A stretch of DNA of 53,236 nt. Origin: Oligoflexales bacterium (lineage in GTDB: Bacteria; Bdellovibrionota_B; Oligoflexia; Oligoflexales; JALZUQ01). The notes beneath the pieces were generated by a model that was not told the DNA's origin, made no database searches, and saw only the letters and a program-made list of their open reading frames with translations. Shown here one piece after another: positions 17,385 through 28,335 of this stretch (within the stretch, counting starts at the first letter, position 1; the number at the start of each line of letters is the position of its first letter). A program made the translations under genes and the position numbers. The stretch lies in contig JBGSKV010000114.1 in NCBI GenBank assembly GCA_041740975.1, forward strand, positions 1 through 53,236, written 5' to 3'.

Positions 17385-17930
17385 ATGGATTTCTCCTACA
17401 TAGGTCAGCAGCTTAAGCGCTACCGCGGTCGCTATGACCTTTCGCTCGAAACGTTTGCAGAAAAATCCGGCGTTAGCCGCTCGATGCTTTGTCAGTTAGA
17501 GATGGGGCGCACGACGCCCACCTTAACGGTCGCCCAGAAACTCGCTGTCGCCATGGATATGAGCCTCGGACAACTTGTCGACCCGGGGGTGCAAAACGAG
17601 ATCTCGCTGCTTGTGCCGGAGAGTTCAAAACCGAGTTTGAAGGATGCAAAGTCTGGTTATAAAGAATGGTTTTTGAACGAACAAAGCAGTCAAAGAGATA
17701 TCGAAGTATATCGCTGGTCCAGCGATAAGAAAACGTCACGCGAAGTTGGATTGTGTCGAACGCGCAAACGGTCACATCTTTGGCTACACAAAGGATCGTG
17801 CAAAATCATGTTGGCATCTGACGAAATCAAACTCTCAGCAGGGGACTATGTCGAAATTCGCACGCCGGCCTTCGGATATTCCGTAGAAATGAGTGCTGGG
17901 AGTGCGGGGATTTGGGTTCATGTTTATTGA
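17385..17930 (+). CDS. XRE-family transcriptional regulator with C-terminal cupin domain
   Basis: HTH FAEKSGVSRSMLCQLEMGRTTPTLTVAQKLAVAM. Cupin-like C-terminus. Divergent from the DMT transporter gene. The ATG at 17385 follows junk N-terminus in the ORF track. Confidence 0.65.
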   Translation: MDFSYIGQQLKRYRGRYDLSLETFAEKSGVSRSMLCQLEMGRTTPTLTVAQKLAVAMDMSLGQLVDPGVQNEISLLVPESSKPSLKDAKSGYKEWFLNEQSSQRDIEVYRWSSDKKTSREVGLCRTRKRSHLWLHKGSCKIMLASDEIKLSAGDYVEIRTPAFGYSVEMSAGSAGIWVHVY

Positions 17931-17952
17931 TCCGGTCAGAATTTCGGCTCGC

Positions 17953-18561
17953 CTAATCAGCGAATTTCGCGCGTTCATCTGAGGTCAAAACCTTAGGCTT
18001 TACAGGTATGATTCCACCAGGAGAAAAATAGGGTGAAGGCTGAGCTTGGCCCTTCAAAAATCCAACGGCAAACATTTTTAAGAACTTCATGGCGACCTTG
18101 GACTGAGTCATCACACTGGTTTTTGGCTGAGGGCGCAAGGCCTGATGCTCATTGCCGGTCATGGTGCGCGGACCGAGGATTTCGTTCTTGGTTTTGCCCA
18201 ATGCTTGAAAATCCATGAATACCGTAGGCATCCCCACGAAAGGTAGTTTCGCCCAAGGCATCGTATTGCCGATCGGAGTTTTGCAGCACTCGGTGTACCA
18301 GCGGTTCATGCCTTTTTCCGAAAGTTTGACGCAGCGCATTTGATCACTCCCGGTTGTGATGCGAACTTGCGATGGGGTGAACTGAAAAAGTTCTATTCCA
18401 CCATCTTCATCCAAGATATCTTTACGTCCGAGGTAGCGAATATAAGCTCGACAATCAATGCAGGTGCAGCGGCCATGGTTGCCACGCGAAGCCGAAACAT
18501 CGATGGCTTCACCACGTAGTTTTCCACATGTGCATTTGAGAGGAACAGTCGTCATGATCAT
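17953..18561 (-). CDS. GFA-family / Mss4-like zinc-binding protein
   Basis: CTCGKLRGEA....GRCTCIDCRAY Cys pattern typical of glutathione-dependent formaldehyde-activating-enzyme-like (CENP-V/GFA) domains. Confidence 0.5.
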   Translation of the reverse strand: MIMTTVPLKCTCGKLRGEAIDVSASRGNHGRCTCIDCRAYIRYLGRKDILDEDGGIELFQFTPSQVRITTGSDQMRCVKLSEKGMNRWYTECCKTPIGNTMPWAKLPFVGMPTVFMDFQALGKTKNEILGPRTMTGNEHQALRPQPKTSVMTQSKVAMKFLKMFAVGFLKGQAQPSPYFSPGGIIPVKPKVLTSDERAKFAD

Positions 18562-18618
18562 ATCGCCCCATTAAGGTAAACGAAATGATACATTCAAAAA
18601 GAGTTTTGGCAAATCAAT

Positions 18619-19236
18619 TTATTTTTTATATATGCTTGAGTATTCAAATTCAAAAGTTTCCAGCTCAGTCCGTACATTGAGCTGCATGGAGACGTCGTAA
18701 TCGACATTAGTGAAAGTCTCGGTTGTTCCCGCTAGGAAAGACGCAAAATCCATTTCTTTTTCAGCAATCAACTCTGAGCGCGCCGTGTCCGCTTCGAAGA
18801 ATTGGATTTTGATTTTGGCGTCTTTAGAGTTTTTCATTTTTAGTTTTTCGGCAGCGCGATTGATGAGAGTGCCAGTCGACCGAAATAAAAATGGTACTGT
18901 GATGTCTTGACCAGCGCTCGTAATCAAATATTTTGTAGAATACCGATTTGTCACTTCGCCTGAGTAAGCGCCTTTGAAATCCGAGTAGTAACCTTCAGAA
19001 AATTCGATATCCTGACATGCCTTATTTTCGCAGATTTGCATCTTTGCGAACAGTTCTAAAGAACTGTCAAACGCATCCTTCATAGTTCCGACTTTGACGC
19101 TATCTATCGACAAAAATATCTGTACGTCGTGACTGATGAGTTTTCTACTTCCGGCTGTATGGAGGGAGCTTTCCGATGTCGGTTTACACCCAACGGAAAG
19201 AAGGAGTATGGAAAGTGCGCCAAGAATCATTTTCAT
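18619..19236 (-). CDS. Hypothetical lipoprotein
   Basis: MKMILGALSILLLSVGCKPTS (lipobox SVGC). Confidence 0.45.
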   Translation of the reverse strand: MKMILGALSILLLSVGCKPTSESSLHTAGSRKLISHDVQIFLSIDSVKVGTMKDAFDSSLELFAKMQICENKACQDIEFSEGYYSDFKGAYSGEVTNRYSTKYLITSAGQDITVPFLFRSTGTLINRAAEKLKMKNSKDAKIKIQFFEADTARSELIAEKEMDFASFLAGTTETFTNVDYDVSMQLNVRTELETFEFEYSSIYKK

Positions 19237-19469
19237 AAGATCTCACCCTGCAAAATGGTTAGCATTGAGTTGGGCCGTTTCAGCCGCGACAGGCTTTCTG
19301 CAGGATACGTTCCATGGTGATATTGCATAACTAACTGTAAAGAAAGGAGTATTATGACTGAGCGGATGTAGGTTGTTTTGACAGGTGTCAGAGGAAGGAG
19401 AACCGGAGATTTTAAGGGGAGCCAACGCATGAAGTGAGGCCGATGCACTGCACGACTGGATACGTACTC

Positions 19470-19937
19470 TTAGGGTGCGGTCTTATCGACGCATACTCCG
19501 GCGCGACAGACGGCTATGCCGGAAGGGCAGTCAAAGGTTGCTAGGCAATTGCCGGCGTGACTTTTCTCGCAAAGCGCTTGGAGTTCATTATTATTTTTCA
19601 TTCGATATGCAAAACCCGAACCTTCGGATTGAGAAATGCCGAGGTCCGTACACTCGTTAGAGCAGCGGCTGGATTCGCCTTTGCTCACGCGGAAAGGCAC
19701 GTGGCCTGGGATAAAACAGTCGGTGTCTTGAGTGCAGTTTCGCTTGGAGGCTTTGACTTCCGAAGTAAAAATAGTCGTGATGCTTTTTCGGATATCTTCA
19801 CAATCATCTTCGGAAAGACTTCCGACAATCACCGACTCTTTATTGGCCGAATTTTCCGAAGACTTGTTTTTGGTGTCGCCGCCAAAATTCACGAGACCAC
19901 AACCTGAGACGAAGAGAGCTATAAACATAATCCGCAT
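19470..19937 (-). CDS. Hypothetical Cys-rich lipoprotein
   Basis: MRIMFIALFVSGCG lipobox. 10 Cys. Confidence 0.45.
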   Translation of the reverse strand: MRIMFIALFVSGCGLVNFGGDTKNKSSENSANKESVIVGSLSEDDCEDIRKSITTIFTSEVKASKRNCTQDTDCFIPGHVPFRVSKGESSRCSNECTDLGISQSEGSGFAYRMKNNNELQALCEKSHAGNCLATFDCPSGIAVCRAGVCVDKTAP

Positions 19938-20179
19938 AAAAAGAGCCTTCGGTTTGATTTGATAGCCGTATCGGTCGATTTCTCAATTTCCTTGAGATTG
20001 GGCCGAGTTCCAGTGCTAAGACTAAACGCAATGATCGGAAACTTTTAGCATTTCAGAAGTCTGTCAGCTTTAGAAAACATTTTGTCAGATCGGCATGACA
20101 CTTGCAATTAACAAATTGACAAGCCGAACGATGGAAAAGTTTTGAACCCGAATTCATTTAGATAAAGGAGAGAAAGAAA

Positions 20180-20704
20180 ATGAAGACAAGAATAAATAGC
20201 ACGGCCATAAGCACAATGGTGGGCCGCCTAGGCCTCACACTCTTGTTAGGAACCATTGTATTTTCATGCACGCGAAATGCGACGGATCAGAATAGCGAAA
20301 ACCAAGTGGAGCCTCGTACCGACACCATGTCTGGCGCTGTAGTCGATCCCCCAGAAGTTGAGAGTATGGAAACAGTTGAAGACGGACAAACCATGACGGG
20401 AATAGAAGCGGGAGAGAACGTGCAAGTTGCGCCTGATGCAGATAACCAAAAAGCAGCTAGTCAAAATGCTGTAAAGCAAGGCGATAAGAGCTTTGTGACG
20501 AGCAAATGCCCCCCGGGATATAAGAAACTCGACGAAACCTCGGAAGAAAACCGAATCGATGCGTCGGCAACCTCAGACACACCAAGCCAGAATGAGCATG
20601 CATCGAACAATGCCATGAACTCGGGTAACCAGGTGCATGGGAATGTTCCGGGATGCACGCCCATCCTTAGTAAGACAGCTAACAAGGCAAATGACCGAGG
20701 TTAG
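20180..20704 (+). CDS. Hypothetical secreted low-complexity protein
   Basis: N-terminal hydrophobic segment. Polar, low-complexity body. Confidence 0.4.
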   Translation: MKTRINSTAISTMVGRLGLTLLLGTIVFSCTRNATDQNSENQVEPRTDTMSGAVVDPPEVESMETVEDGQTMTGIEAGENVQVAPDADNQKAASQNAVKQGDKSFVTSKCPPGYKKLDETSEENRIDASATSDTPSQNEHASNNAMNSGNQVHGNVPGCTPILSKTANKANDRG

Positions 20705-20755
20705 TGGATCTTTCATAGTGCAATCAAAGGTTGCGGTGCGATGACCTGACCACCT

Positions 20756-21355
20756 CTAAGGGGTGGGCGGATCGGGGTATTCATCGTAGGATTTTTTGGG
20801 ATCAACCAATATCCAAATCTCAAACTTGGACAAGTCTTTGTCGCCGTTCCATTCTTCAAATAAATTATAGTCGATGCGCCGATTGATGAGGTGAATATCA
20901 ACTCCATCCACAAATTCTACTTTATCCAAGTTATCGACGATTCTGCCTATGCGGATATCACTATGAACCTTGGTACGTAGATATAGGCTGTCCTTTGCAA
21001 TAAACAGAGTTGGTGTGCCGAATCTAATGTTAACAGTGAAGATATTACTGTCATTTACAAAAAGATTGGAGGTGGCTTTGATGTCGACGAAATGCTGGCC
21101 ATTCACAGGTTTTTTTATTCCGGCCATATAACGCAAGACCACGGGCTTCAGTTTGCCATCGCGCGGAACGTTTACGACTTCTTTACCGTTTTGATAAAAG
21201 AGTACATAAGCTTTTTCGTTGTGTGTAGCAAGTTCGTCGTTGTATTCAGTTTCGTTGATATAAGATTCGTAAGGGGAGGGGCTTTTGCAACTGAATCCGA
21301 TCAACAGGACAATGAAATAAAAATGCTGCATAGAACGCCCTAAATGTAAAATCAT
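20756..21355 (-). CDS. Hypothetical lipoprotein (start may be the internal ATG at 21331)
   Basis: MQHFYFIVLLIGFSC signal. Confidence 0.45.
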   Translation of the reverse strand: MILHLGRSMQHFYFIVLLIGFSCKSPSPYESYINETEYNDELATHNEKAYVLFYQNGKEVVNVPRDGKLKPVVLRYMAGIKKPVNGQHFVDIKATSNLFVNDSNIFTVNIRFGTPTLFIAKDSLYLRTKVHSDIRIGRIVDNLDKVEFVDGVDIHLINRRIDYNLFEEWNGDKDLSKFEIWILVDPKKSYDEYPDPPTP

Positions 21356-21449
21356 GTGCGTCCTCCATTATACCGCATTCCAATCTTGGAGTCATGCTGG
21401 GGGTCCCTCAAATCACAGGCAGAATTTCGTTCTTTTGAGTTTTGCCCAT

Positions 21450-21920
21450 ATGTTGGGGCTTTCGGACGGTCCAAGTGTGCCGACAAGCCTTCTCATGGAA
21501 TCTTTATTCAAATTAAATCTGAGACCTGAAGCGGCCGATCGATTTTGGCCCTTGTTTCGCAGCATTGGCGAAACAAATCTGGCTGACATGCGCCAGAAAC
21601 TGCGCGCCTTTGTAGCGGTTTCTGAAGACCATATCAAAAAGTCTGAAAATGATCTTGTGGCGTCGCAAATAAGGCACTTAGTAACTGAAGCCAATAGTTT
21701 GTTAGACCTTTGCGAATCAGAACCCGACGCGGAATTTGTTCCCTACGTTTTGGCGGCCGTCGAATACTTGGTCCTGCTGGACGATGCAGAAAATGACTTC
21801 GAATCCATTTTTGGGTTCTGTGACGATGCGGCTATATTGGTAGAAGTCATGCGTGCGTTTAACCTTGAAGAAAGAATTGCATTTACAGTTAATAGTCAGA
21901 AAGCAAGAAAATCAGCCTAA
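21450..21920 (+). CDS. Hypothetical protein
   Basis: The ORF-track N-terminus is probably 5' read-through. An internal ATG at 21450 is a more plausible start. No recognised domain. Confidence 0.35.
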   Translation: MLGLSDGPSVPTSLLMESLFKLNLRPEAADRFWPLFRSIGETNLADMRQKLRAFVAVSEDHIKKSENDLVASQIRHLVTEANSLLDLCESEPDAEFVPYVLAAVEYLVLLDDAENDFESIFGFCDDAAILVEVMRAFNLEERIAFTVNSQKARKSA

Positions 21921-21928
21921 ATGAGGAT

Positions 21929-22852
21929 TTGAGTATGGACATGATCTTTGGTAGCGTCACGACCGTCTTTGTTATGCTGGGAATCATATACTTAGTCTTC
22001 TCCATATACATCGTCCATGAACAAGAAGCTGCGGTGATCGAGCAGTTCGGTAAGTTCCATAGGATTGCCAGTCCAGGTCTGCATTTCAAGATTCCGATCA
22101 TCCATCAAATCAAAGAAAGAGTGAATCTTCGCATTCAACAGCTCGATGTAAAAGTGGAAACCAAAACATCTGATGACGTCTTTCTGCATACGACGGTCTC
22201 CGTCCAGTATTATGTCATTCCGTCGCGCGTGTACTTTGCCTTCTACCGCCTTCAAAACCCAAAAAGCCAGATCACTTCATTTGTGTTTGACGTCGTTCGT
22301 GCCAAAGTTCCCAAAATCGAACTCAATCACGTTTTTGAAAAGAAAGACGAAATTGCCAAAACAGTCGAGGGTGAGCTTACGGGCATGATGTCACAGTTTG
22401 GCTATGGAATTGTCAAAACTCTTGTGACTGATATCGAGCCAGCGCGTATCGTCAAAGAGTCGATGAATGAAATCACCGCGGCTCAAAGGCTTCGCGTTGC
22501 CGCTACCGAAAAAGGTGAGGCTGAAAGAATCTTAAAAGTTAAATCTGCCCAGGCCGAAGCAGAAAGCAAAGCCTTGCAAGGTCAAGGTATCGCCAATCAA
22601 AGGACAGCTATTATAAACGGTCTGCGAGATTCGATAGATGAATTCTCGAAAAATATTCCTGGGGCAACGCCAGCAGATGTCATGAACCTCGTGTTGATCA
22701 CGCAGTATTTTGATACCTTAAAAGACATTGGCGCCAACAACAAATCAAGTGTCATCTTGATCCCTCATTCTCCGGCAAATATCACGGATATCAAAGATCA
22801 GCTACGGGATGCAATGATTACGGCCCATCAAATCGACCGCAAAGTTGCTTAA
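21929..22852 (+). CDS. SPFH/Band-7 (stomatin/prohibitin-like) membrane protein
   Basis: N-terminal TM segment followed by an SPFH core (EQEAAVIEQFGKFHRIASPGLHFKIPIIHQ...). Confidence 0.75.
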   Translation: MSMDMIFGSVTTVFVMLGIIYLVFSIYIVHEQEAAVIEQFGKFHRIASPGLHFKIPIIHQIKERVNLRIQQLDVKVETKTSDDVFLHTTVSVQYYVIPSRVYFAFYRLQNPKSQITSFVFDVVRAKVPKIELNHVFEKKDEIAKTVEGELTGMMSQFGYGIVKTLVTDIEPARIVKESMNEITAAQRLRVAATEKGEAERILKVKSAQAEAESKALQGQGIANQRTAIINGLRDSIDEFSKNIPGATPADVMNLVLITQYFDTLKDIGANNKSSVILIPHSPANITDIKDQLRDAMITAHQIDRKVA

Positions 22853-22876
22853 TAGACTAAAATAAAGCGAGAGCGC

Positions 22877-24520
22877 CTAGCTTACGCGTTGACGCGGAAT
22901 ACTGTGTTTATCTTTATCTAAAACAAAATCAATGCGTCCAATCAGTTCTTCGGGTAGCATTTCGTACCAACTGGACATCCCAATAGTGACATTAGGCTGT
23001 TTTTTAAGCGTTTCAGCGAGTTCAAGTCCGTTCATTTGGCTATTCTTGAAGTGAAAGTCCGTTATGATGAGACTGTTTTCTAAATCAGAAGCCACTACTG
23101 TATCAAGAAGTTCCTCGGGTGAAGCGAAAGACTTAAAAAAGAGAGTCGGATTTTTATCGATCCAATTTTGACGGGCGAAGGCGCTATCCTCAACCAAAAA
23201 AATATGTTTCCAGGGATATCGGCGACGCTCATTAATAATGATTATCGGTTCGTTCGGCGCGAGCTGCAGTGATTTTACAGAGGGAAGCATGACTTTGAAC
23301 TCGGTGCCGGAGCTGACGCTTGACGTTACTTGGATTTGCCCGGTGTGGGATTCGATAACATCTTTGACTAACGCTAGACCAACACCGGACCCGTTTTCGC
23401 GCTTGGAGAACCCGAGCGAAAATAGAGTCTGGATATGGTTTGGTTCAATATAACTTTTGTCATTGAATATACGAACAGTAACATTATGGTTGCCGTCCGG
23501 ACCGGTGTCATCTGCGGTCGAAATACGAATCAATCCATTTTCGCCATTGATTTGCAGCGCGTTGGTGATGAGATTGATGAGCATTCGAGCAAGCATAATC
23601 CGATTACCTAAAACTTGCTCTCGATGATTGAGGTTAATCTCTATGCGTTGGTCTAGTCTGGGCACAATACGCTTTGAACGGCTGACAGAACCGTTGATGA
23701 TCTCACCAATATCAATAGCTACCAAGGGGGCCGTTCTTTCCGAGTTGTGAGTTTGAATTTCGTTCTGTATAGCGGCTTCCATAAAATCAATATCGTTTAA
23801 AATATCGGATGCCTCTTTGGCAATTGATTCATAATCATTTTTTGCAGCCAAGCCGACGACGTCTTTCGATAGCTGAAGTGCGCTTCTCATATCATGGATA
23901 AACATTTTCTCAGAGGACTTAAGCTGGCGAAACTTCATGATAAGCTGCTGGCGTTGTTCCATAAAAGCAAGGCGATTGATGCTGGAGGTTATGATTACGA
24001 GGCCCGTGAATCCTGCGATGATTATCGTTGAATGTGTGAAGTCCCAGAACGCAAAGACCCCAATAGAAAAGATATACACAGCCGTCATATCTAATAGAAT
24101 CCCAGGAAAAGGCAGCATTAAAAGAAATCCGGCCGACTGAAAAGCGAGGAAAACTGTCGCGAAAAGTCTTATGTCGGAGCTATGACTTAAGTTCACGGCC
24201 GCAGCTATAGACAGAAAGCAAAAAATATTGACGAGAAAAGTGCCCATGGCAAGTTTCGCAGCATTGTTTCGGTACACCAAGCCCAGTAGCAGTAAAGACG
24301 CAAACATTGCCAAATGGGTGACGTTTATGATTTCGGTGATATCTGAGGGGGCTTGCGCCAAATGAAAAGCAAGGGGGGCAAGGCCGGCCATAATCAAAGA
24401 GGAAAAATAGTTAAAGGTGATCAAATAGCGACTGCGCTTCGAAAGGATATCCGCGCAGAAGGTTTCTTCACGGGCATCATCGAATTTGGTTTTGAAGAAA
24501 TGGTGTTTTTGAACGAACAT
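22877..24520 (-). CDS. Hybrid sensor histidine kinase (multi-TM sensor, HisKA, HATPase_c) with C-terminal receiver domain
   Basis: H-box FIHDMRSALQ. G-box GSGVGLALVKDVIESHTGQIQV. Receiver IFLVEDS...IITDFHF. The likely start is the internal Met (MFVQKHHFF). Confidence 0.7.
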   Translation of the reverse strand: MFVQKHHFFKTKFDDAREETFCADILSKRSRYLITFNYFSSLIMAGLAPLAFHLAQAPSDITEIINVTHLAMFASLLLLGLVYRNNAAKLAMGTFLVNIFCFLSIAAAVNLSHSSDIRLFATVFLAFQSAGFLLMLPFPGILLDMTAVYIFSIGVFAFWDFTHSTIIIAGFTGLVIITSSINRLAFMEQRQQLIMKFRQLKSSEKMFIHDMRSALQLSKDVVGLAAKNDYESIAKEASDILNDIDFMEAAIQNEIQTHNSERTAPLVAIDIGEIINGSVSRSKRIVPRLDQRIEINLNHREQVLGNRIMLARMLINLITNALQINGENGLIRISTADDTGPDGNHNVTVRIFNDKSYIEPNHIQTLFSLGFSKRENGSGVGLALVKDVIESHTGQIQVTSSVSSGTEFKVMLPSVKSLQLAPNEPIIIINERRRYPWKHIFLVEDSAFARQNWIDKNPTLFFKSFASPEELLDTVVASDLENSLIITDFHFKNSQMNGLELAETLKKQPNVTIGMSSWYEMLPEELIGRIDFVLDKDKHSIPRQRVS

Positions 24521-24685
24521 CCCGAGTAAAATGCAAGACTTCGACCAATAATTATAGCTGTTAAAACAATGAATTGTGATGGTTTGTAGTGTAAAAAGCT
24601 TTGTCAGCGTGGATTCAATTATCGGTCTGGCTTGAGGCGATGGACGCGCGCCAGAATGATTTCGCATGTGCCCGATCTCGTCATC

Positions 24686-25069
24686 CTAGAGTGGTTTTAA
24701 CACGAACCTTCCATAAGCTACAAACGCAGACATGCCGCTTAACATCATCGTCCACATTGCCGGGTTGGTGGGAGTGACGGCGAGTCCAAAATAATTCACA
24801 TGCAACGCTGTGATCAAAAGCATCTCAATGGTGAGGGCTCCAGCTGCCATAGCCGTCAATTTCATTTTCATTTTCAGAAGACCAGGGATGATGAGGCAAA
24901 GAGCACAAACAATTTCGAAAAATGCAATGGCCATCCAAGCACTGTAGGGGAGTGCTGCTATGGATCCGATGGCCTTGGCGGCTTCTTCAAAATTCAATAG
25001 CCGCCAAGTTGCGCCGGAAATACAAAAAAAAGCGATGACAACCTGCAAAATCCACAAAAGAATATTCAT
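24686..25069 (-). CDS. DoxX-family membrane protein
   Basis: 127 aa with 4 TM helices. DoxX-like topology. Confidence 0.55.
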   Translation of the reverse strand: MNILLWILQVVIAFFCISGATWRLLNFEEAAKAIGSIAALPYSAWMAIAFFEIVCALCLIIPGLLKMKMKLTAMAAGALTIEMLLITALHVNYFGLAVTPTNPAMWTMMLSGMSAFVAYGRFVLKPL

Positions 25070-25150
25070 CTAGGTCTTCTCCAACATCTTAAGTTCGGGT
25101 CCAGTCGAGTGTCCCCAGAAAACAGAATATCAGAAAATCCGATAACATCA

Positions 25151-26287
25151 TTATTTCTTATTTGCGTTGTCAATAAGCGCGCGAAGTTCTTTGAGTTTGG
25201 CTTGAACCTCAGAATCTATCGGTTCAGATGGCTCCGTATAGTCTAGCTGGAAATTATTCATGATTGCGACGAGTGACTTCCGAGCCCATTTCGATTTGGG
25301 ATTAGCGCGTATGGACTGCTCAAAGTACAAGTCTTGATCGCGTATCCAAGATGTCATGGACAAATAGCCTTCGGTACAACCCAGAAGGTAGTAAATCTCT
25401 GACAAATTCTCAGGCGAGTTCTTGTTGGAGTCTAAAAGGGTATGGAAGATATGTGAAGCGCTGAGAAGGTAAGGAAGTCCCGACTCGTCACTTGGATAAT
25501 CGTTTATGACGCCCGCTTTTTTCAGCAGGGATTCGGCCGTCGCGAGGTTAAAATTGCGCGGCACGTTCATTTTTTCAATATCGGCAATGGCCATCTGCCA
25601 ATTGCGCAAAACTTCATATAGTTCGACGTTCTTTTGAAGGTCCCGAGATAGTGATCCTAAAAAGTTAGAAACACGTTTGAGGTCGAATTTTACCCGAATA
25701 GCCAGACGCATATATTCAAAGAAACTTTGGCTGTCCAGAGTGCTTGGATCACGTCTGAATTCGGCTTCATAGGCATTGAGAGCATCGTCAAAACGTCGTC
25801 CCATCACCATAAAATGCGCCAAATCAAAGCCTGTTAGCCCCAGCTTGTTTTTTTCTGAGAAATGAACCTGCAAACCTTGGCCCACACTCTCATTCTTCAG
25901 ACGAGTATGACAATTGACGCAATTTTCGGTAAGCCCGTGCAAAACGTAGCGAGCCCGTGCATAGTCCGCAGATTTATAAAGGGCGTTCAGTTCCTCAATA
26001 TCATAAGCGAGGTTCAGGGCAGCAATTTTGTTACTTTCATTGCTAGTCGATGCGACGTGTTTTGAGAGTATGCCGACATTTTCATTTAAGATTGTTAATT
26101 GCTTTTTTATAGTCCCGACATTTTTGGGATTGCTAAAATCTTCAAGCTTTACACTCAGCGGAAGCAGTGTGTTCACAGACGCAAAAACACTATGCATGAT
26201 TTTGCGAGTGTCACTGTTTTGTATGGATGATCCTAGAAGAACCAATGGTGCTAAGCTTAACAAAATAATTTTTTGAAAATTCTTCAT
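25151..26287 (-). CDS. Secreted protein with single CxxCH heme-binding motif (putative c-type cytochrome-like)
   Basis: Signal peptide. Motif ENCVNCHTR. Confidence 0.45.
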   Translation of the reverse strand: MKNFQKIILLSLAPLVLLGSSIQNSDTRKIMHSVFASVNTLLPLSVKLEDFSNPKNVGTIKKQLTILNENVGILSKHVASTSNESNKIAALNLAYDIEELNALYKSADYARARYVLHGLTENCVNCHTRLKNESVGQGLQVHFSEKNKLGLTGFDLAHFMVMGRRFDDALNAYEAEFRRDPSTLDSQSFFEYMRLAIRVKFDLKRVSNFLGSLSRDLQKNVELYEVLRNWQMAIADIEKMNVPRNFNLATAESLLKKAGVINDYPSDESGLPYLLSASHIFHTLLDSNKNSPENLSEIYYLLGCTEGYLSMTSWIRDQDLYFEQSIRANPKSKWARKSLVAIMNNFQLDYTEPSEPIDSEVQAKLKELRALIDNANKK

Positions 26288-26335
26288 ACTAACCTCAAAA
26301 AAGGGGGCAGCGCCGTGAAGCGCTGCCCTGGAGTT

Positions 26336-27115
26336 CTAGTGCAATGGGACGTAGCGGTTTACAGAGTGGCCGTTGATTGAGCGAGCATGAATAAGAAGGT
26401 CTTTATCAGAGCTGAAGTCTTGATAAAGACGCTTAGCAAAGTACCGACCATTGTTAAGTTCGTCGGGGCTGCATTCGTTCGTATCGACTTCTTTCATGAT
26501 GGGAAGGACAGTCAACACGTCATCGCTGTCAAACAGAGTTTCCACTCTATCTAGTCCCAAGCACTTGCCTTCCATAGGTGGAAAACGGCCTTGAATCTCA
26601 AAGTTCAAAGAGGCCTTTTTATCCTTTAGAAGATGGATGCTATCTACTTGTGCGTAAAGAAAGTTGTCAGTTGTTGTCGCATCTGCGGGTTTTACATTAA
26701 GAGTCTTGGTAAGGAATTCATCACTGGGTTTCTTAACCTGAAGAGTATAAGCGCCGGCCTTTAGATTGCCGAGTTTTACGGTCTCGACAAAAGTAGAAGT
26801 TACGGGCAAACAAATCTCATTTTCTTTTACGAAGCTGATGACGTACAAATGATATGTTTTGCTTTCGGCGTCGTACTTGGACTCTGCACTACTTACTGTC
26901 CAACAAGAATTTGGTAAGCTTCCTTTGACTACCACTTCACTGAGGTCGTTGTCGTCAAAACCGCCAGGCACAAACAGTTCTTCAATGGGCACATTAGAAA
27001 AACTCGTGATCTTGTCCTTCGTAGGTGGTCCGGGTAGAACCGGATCAGTTTGTTGACCGAGAGCCGATGTGGCTGTGATAAGCGTCGCGAACAAAGCAGT
27101 CCTTGCTAAAATCAT
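26336..27115 (-). CDS. Hypothetical secreted protein
   Basis: Signal peptide ...ATSALGQQ. Confidence 0.45.
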   Translation of the reverse strand: MILARTALFATLITATSALGQQTDPVLPGPPTKDKITSFSNVPIEELFVPGGFDDNDLSEVVVKGSLPNSCWTVSSAESKYDAESKTYHLYVISFVKENEICLPVTSTFVETVKLGNLKAGAYTLQVKKPSDEFLTKTLNVKPADATTTDNFLYAQVDSIHLLKDKKASLNFEIQGRFPPMEGKCLGLDRVETLFDSDDVLTVLPIMKEVDTNECSPDELNNGRYFAKRLYQDFSSDKDLLIHARSINGHSVNRYVPLH

Positions 27116-27179
27116 CTCAATTTCTCCTCTAAAAGTTTAGTAACCTCATAAAACACCTATTGAATTTTCTAACCTACAC

Positions 27180-28151
27180 TCACTTATAAGGTACGATAAA
27201 GACCGGGCAGTCAGCTGCCATCATAGACTCGAATGCTACTTTGCCGAATGCATTGCCGTGATAGGACTGATGTTGCCCGTAAATTTCAATGTCCGGGTTC
27301 GTTTTTTTGCGGACTGTATCTATCTCCTCACCAGGATGACCTTGTAGCAAGTAGGGTTTGTACTTAGTGCCACTCAGTTCAAGTTCGTGACCCCATCTAT
27401 CAAACCGTTTCGCCATGGTTTCTGTCAAATCTTCTAATAATTTGTCATGAAGAGATTGGACTGTCGGATAATTTTCACCACTGTTTTGAGTTCCAGCCAT
27501 GGCAAGCTGGACGCTACGCTCAAGGACAAGAGGCGTAATGGGCGTAACATGGGCGTGGGCTAGTTCGCTTTGTTTGAACCGACTGACAAACCAAGCCGTA
27601 AAACTTGCGGCTTCCATTGTGTGATCTTCTAGGTCGTCGGCGAAAAGCACCCGCAAATTTTTTGCAGGATAAGAAAAAGGGGTTTCGCTAGGTACGACTG
27701 CGACAGGTCCCTGGCATTGGGCTAAAACTTTATAAACCGTTGCGACTTTTCTCAGGAAGCCATATTTGGACTGCTGCGCAGTCATCACAGTAAAAGAAGA
27801 CGAAGCCGACTCGGCCGAAATCCACTTTGCAGGTTCGCCATAGTAAGCCTGAGTGTTCACTTCAACATCACTGTAGAGCGAATTGTTAGTGAAAGACTGG
27901 ATCGTTTTTTGAATCTGAGCTTTAGCGGTTTCAAGTTCTTTCGTAACATTGGGAACGATTGAGCGCAAAGAAGGAATCATTGGAATAAATTCCCAATTAG
28001 GCACAATATGAATGACACGCAATGGGCGTTTCAAGGAGCTGGCAAGCCAAAAAGCAAATTCCGTTGCTCTGGTTTCGTCTTTTGATTTTTCTAGCGCAAG
28101 GGGCAACAGAACTGGATTTGCGTTCGAATATTTGTTTAGCATCGTACTCAC
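27180..28151 (-). CDS. Tandem universal stress protein (UspA-like) domains
   Basis: Two repeats each ending in a USP-like ...G.VA....C/QCPV.VVP motif (QCQGPVAVVPS and AADCPVFIVPYK). Confidence 0.45.
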   Translation of the reverse strand: MSTMLNKYSNANPVLLPLALEKSKDETRATEFAFWLASSLKRPLRVIHIVPNWEFIPMIPSLRSIVPNVTKELETAKAQIQKTIQSFTNNSLYSDVEVNTQAYYGEPAKWISAESASSSFTVMTAQQSKYGFLRKVATVYKVLAQCQGPVAVVPSETPFSYPAKNLRVLFADDLEDHTMEAASFTAWFVSRFKQSELAHAHVTPITPLVLERSVQLAMAGTQNSGENYPTVQSLHDKLLEDLTETMAKRFDRWGHELELSGTKYKPYLLQGHPGEEIDTVRKKTNPDIEIYGQHQSYHGNAFGKVAFESMMAADCPVFIVPYK

Positions 28152-28335
28152 TCCGTGGTTTTGGTCTTCGATTCCTGCTTTTACTTCTGAGTTTGCAATC
28201 TCTTTGCCACAATAAGACTCCTGTAATATCAGGATGATACGCTACTCAACTCAACATTTGCCAATCGTCTTGAGCTGAATCACGCAATAGTGTGGTTTAT
28301 ACCGCATACTCAACATTATCTTCCCTAAAACCTAA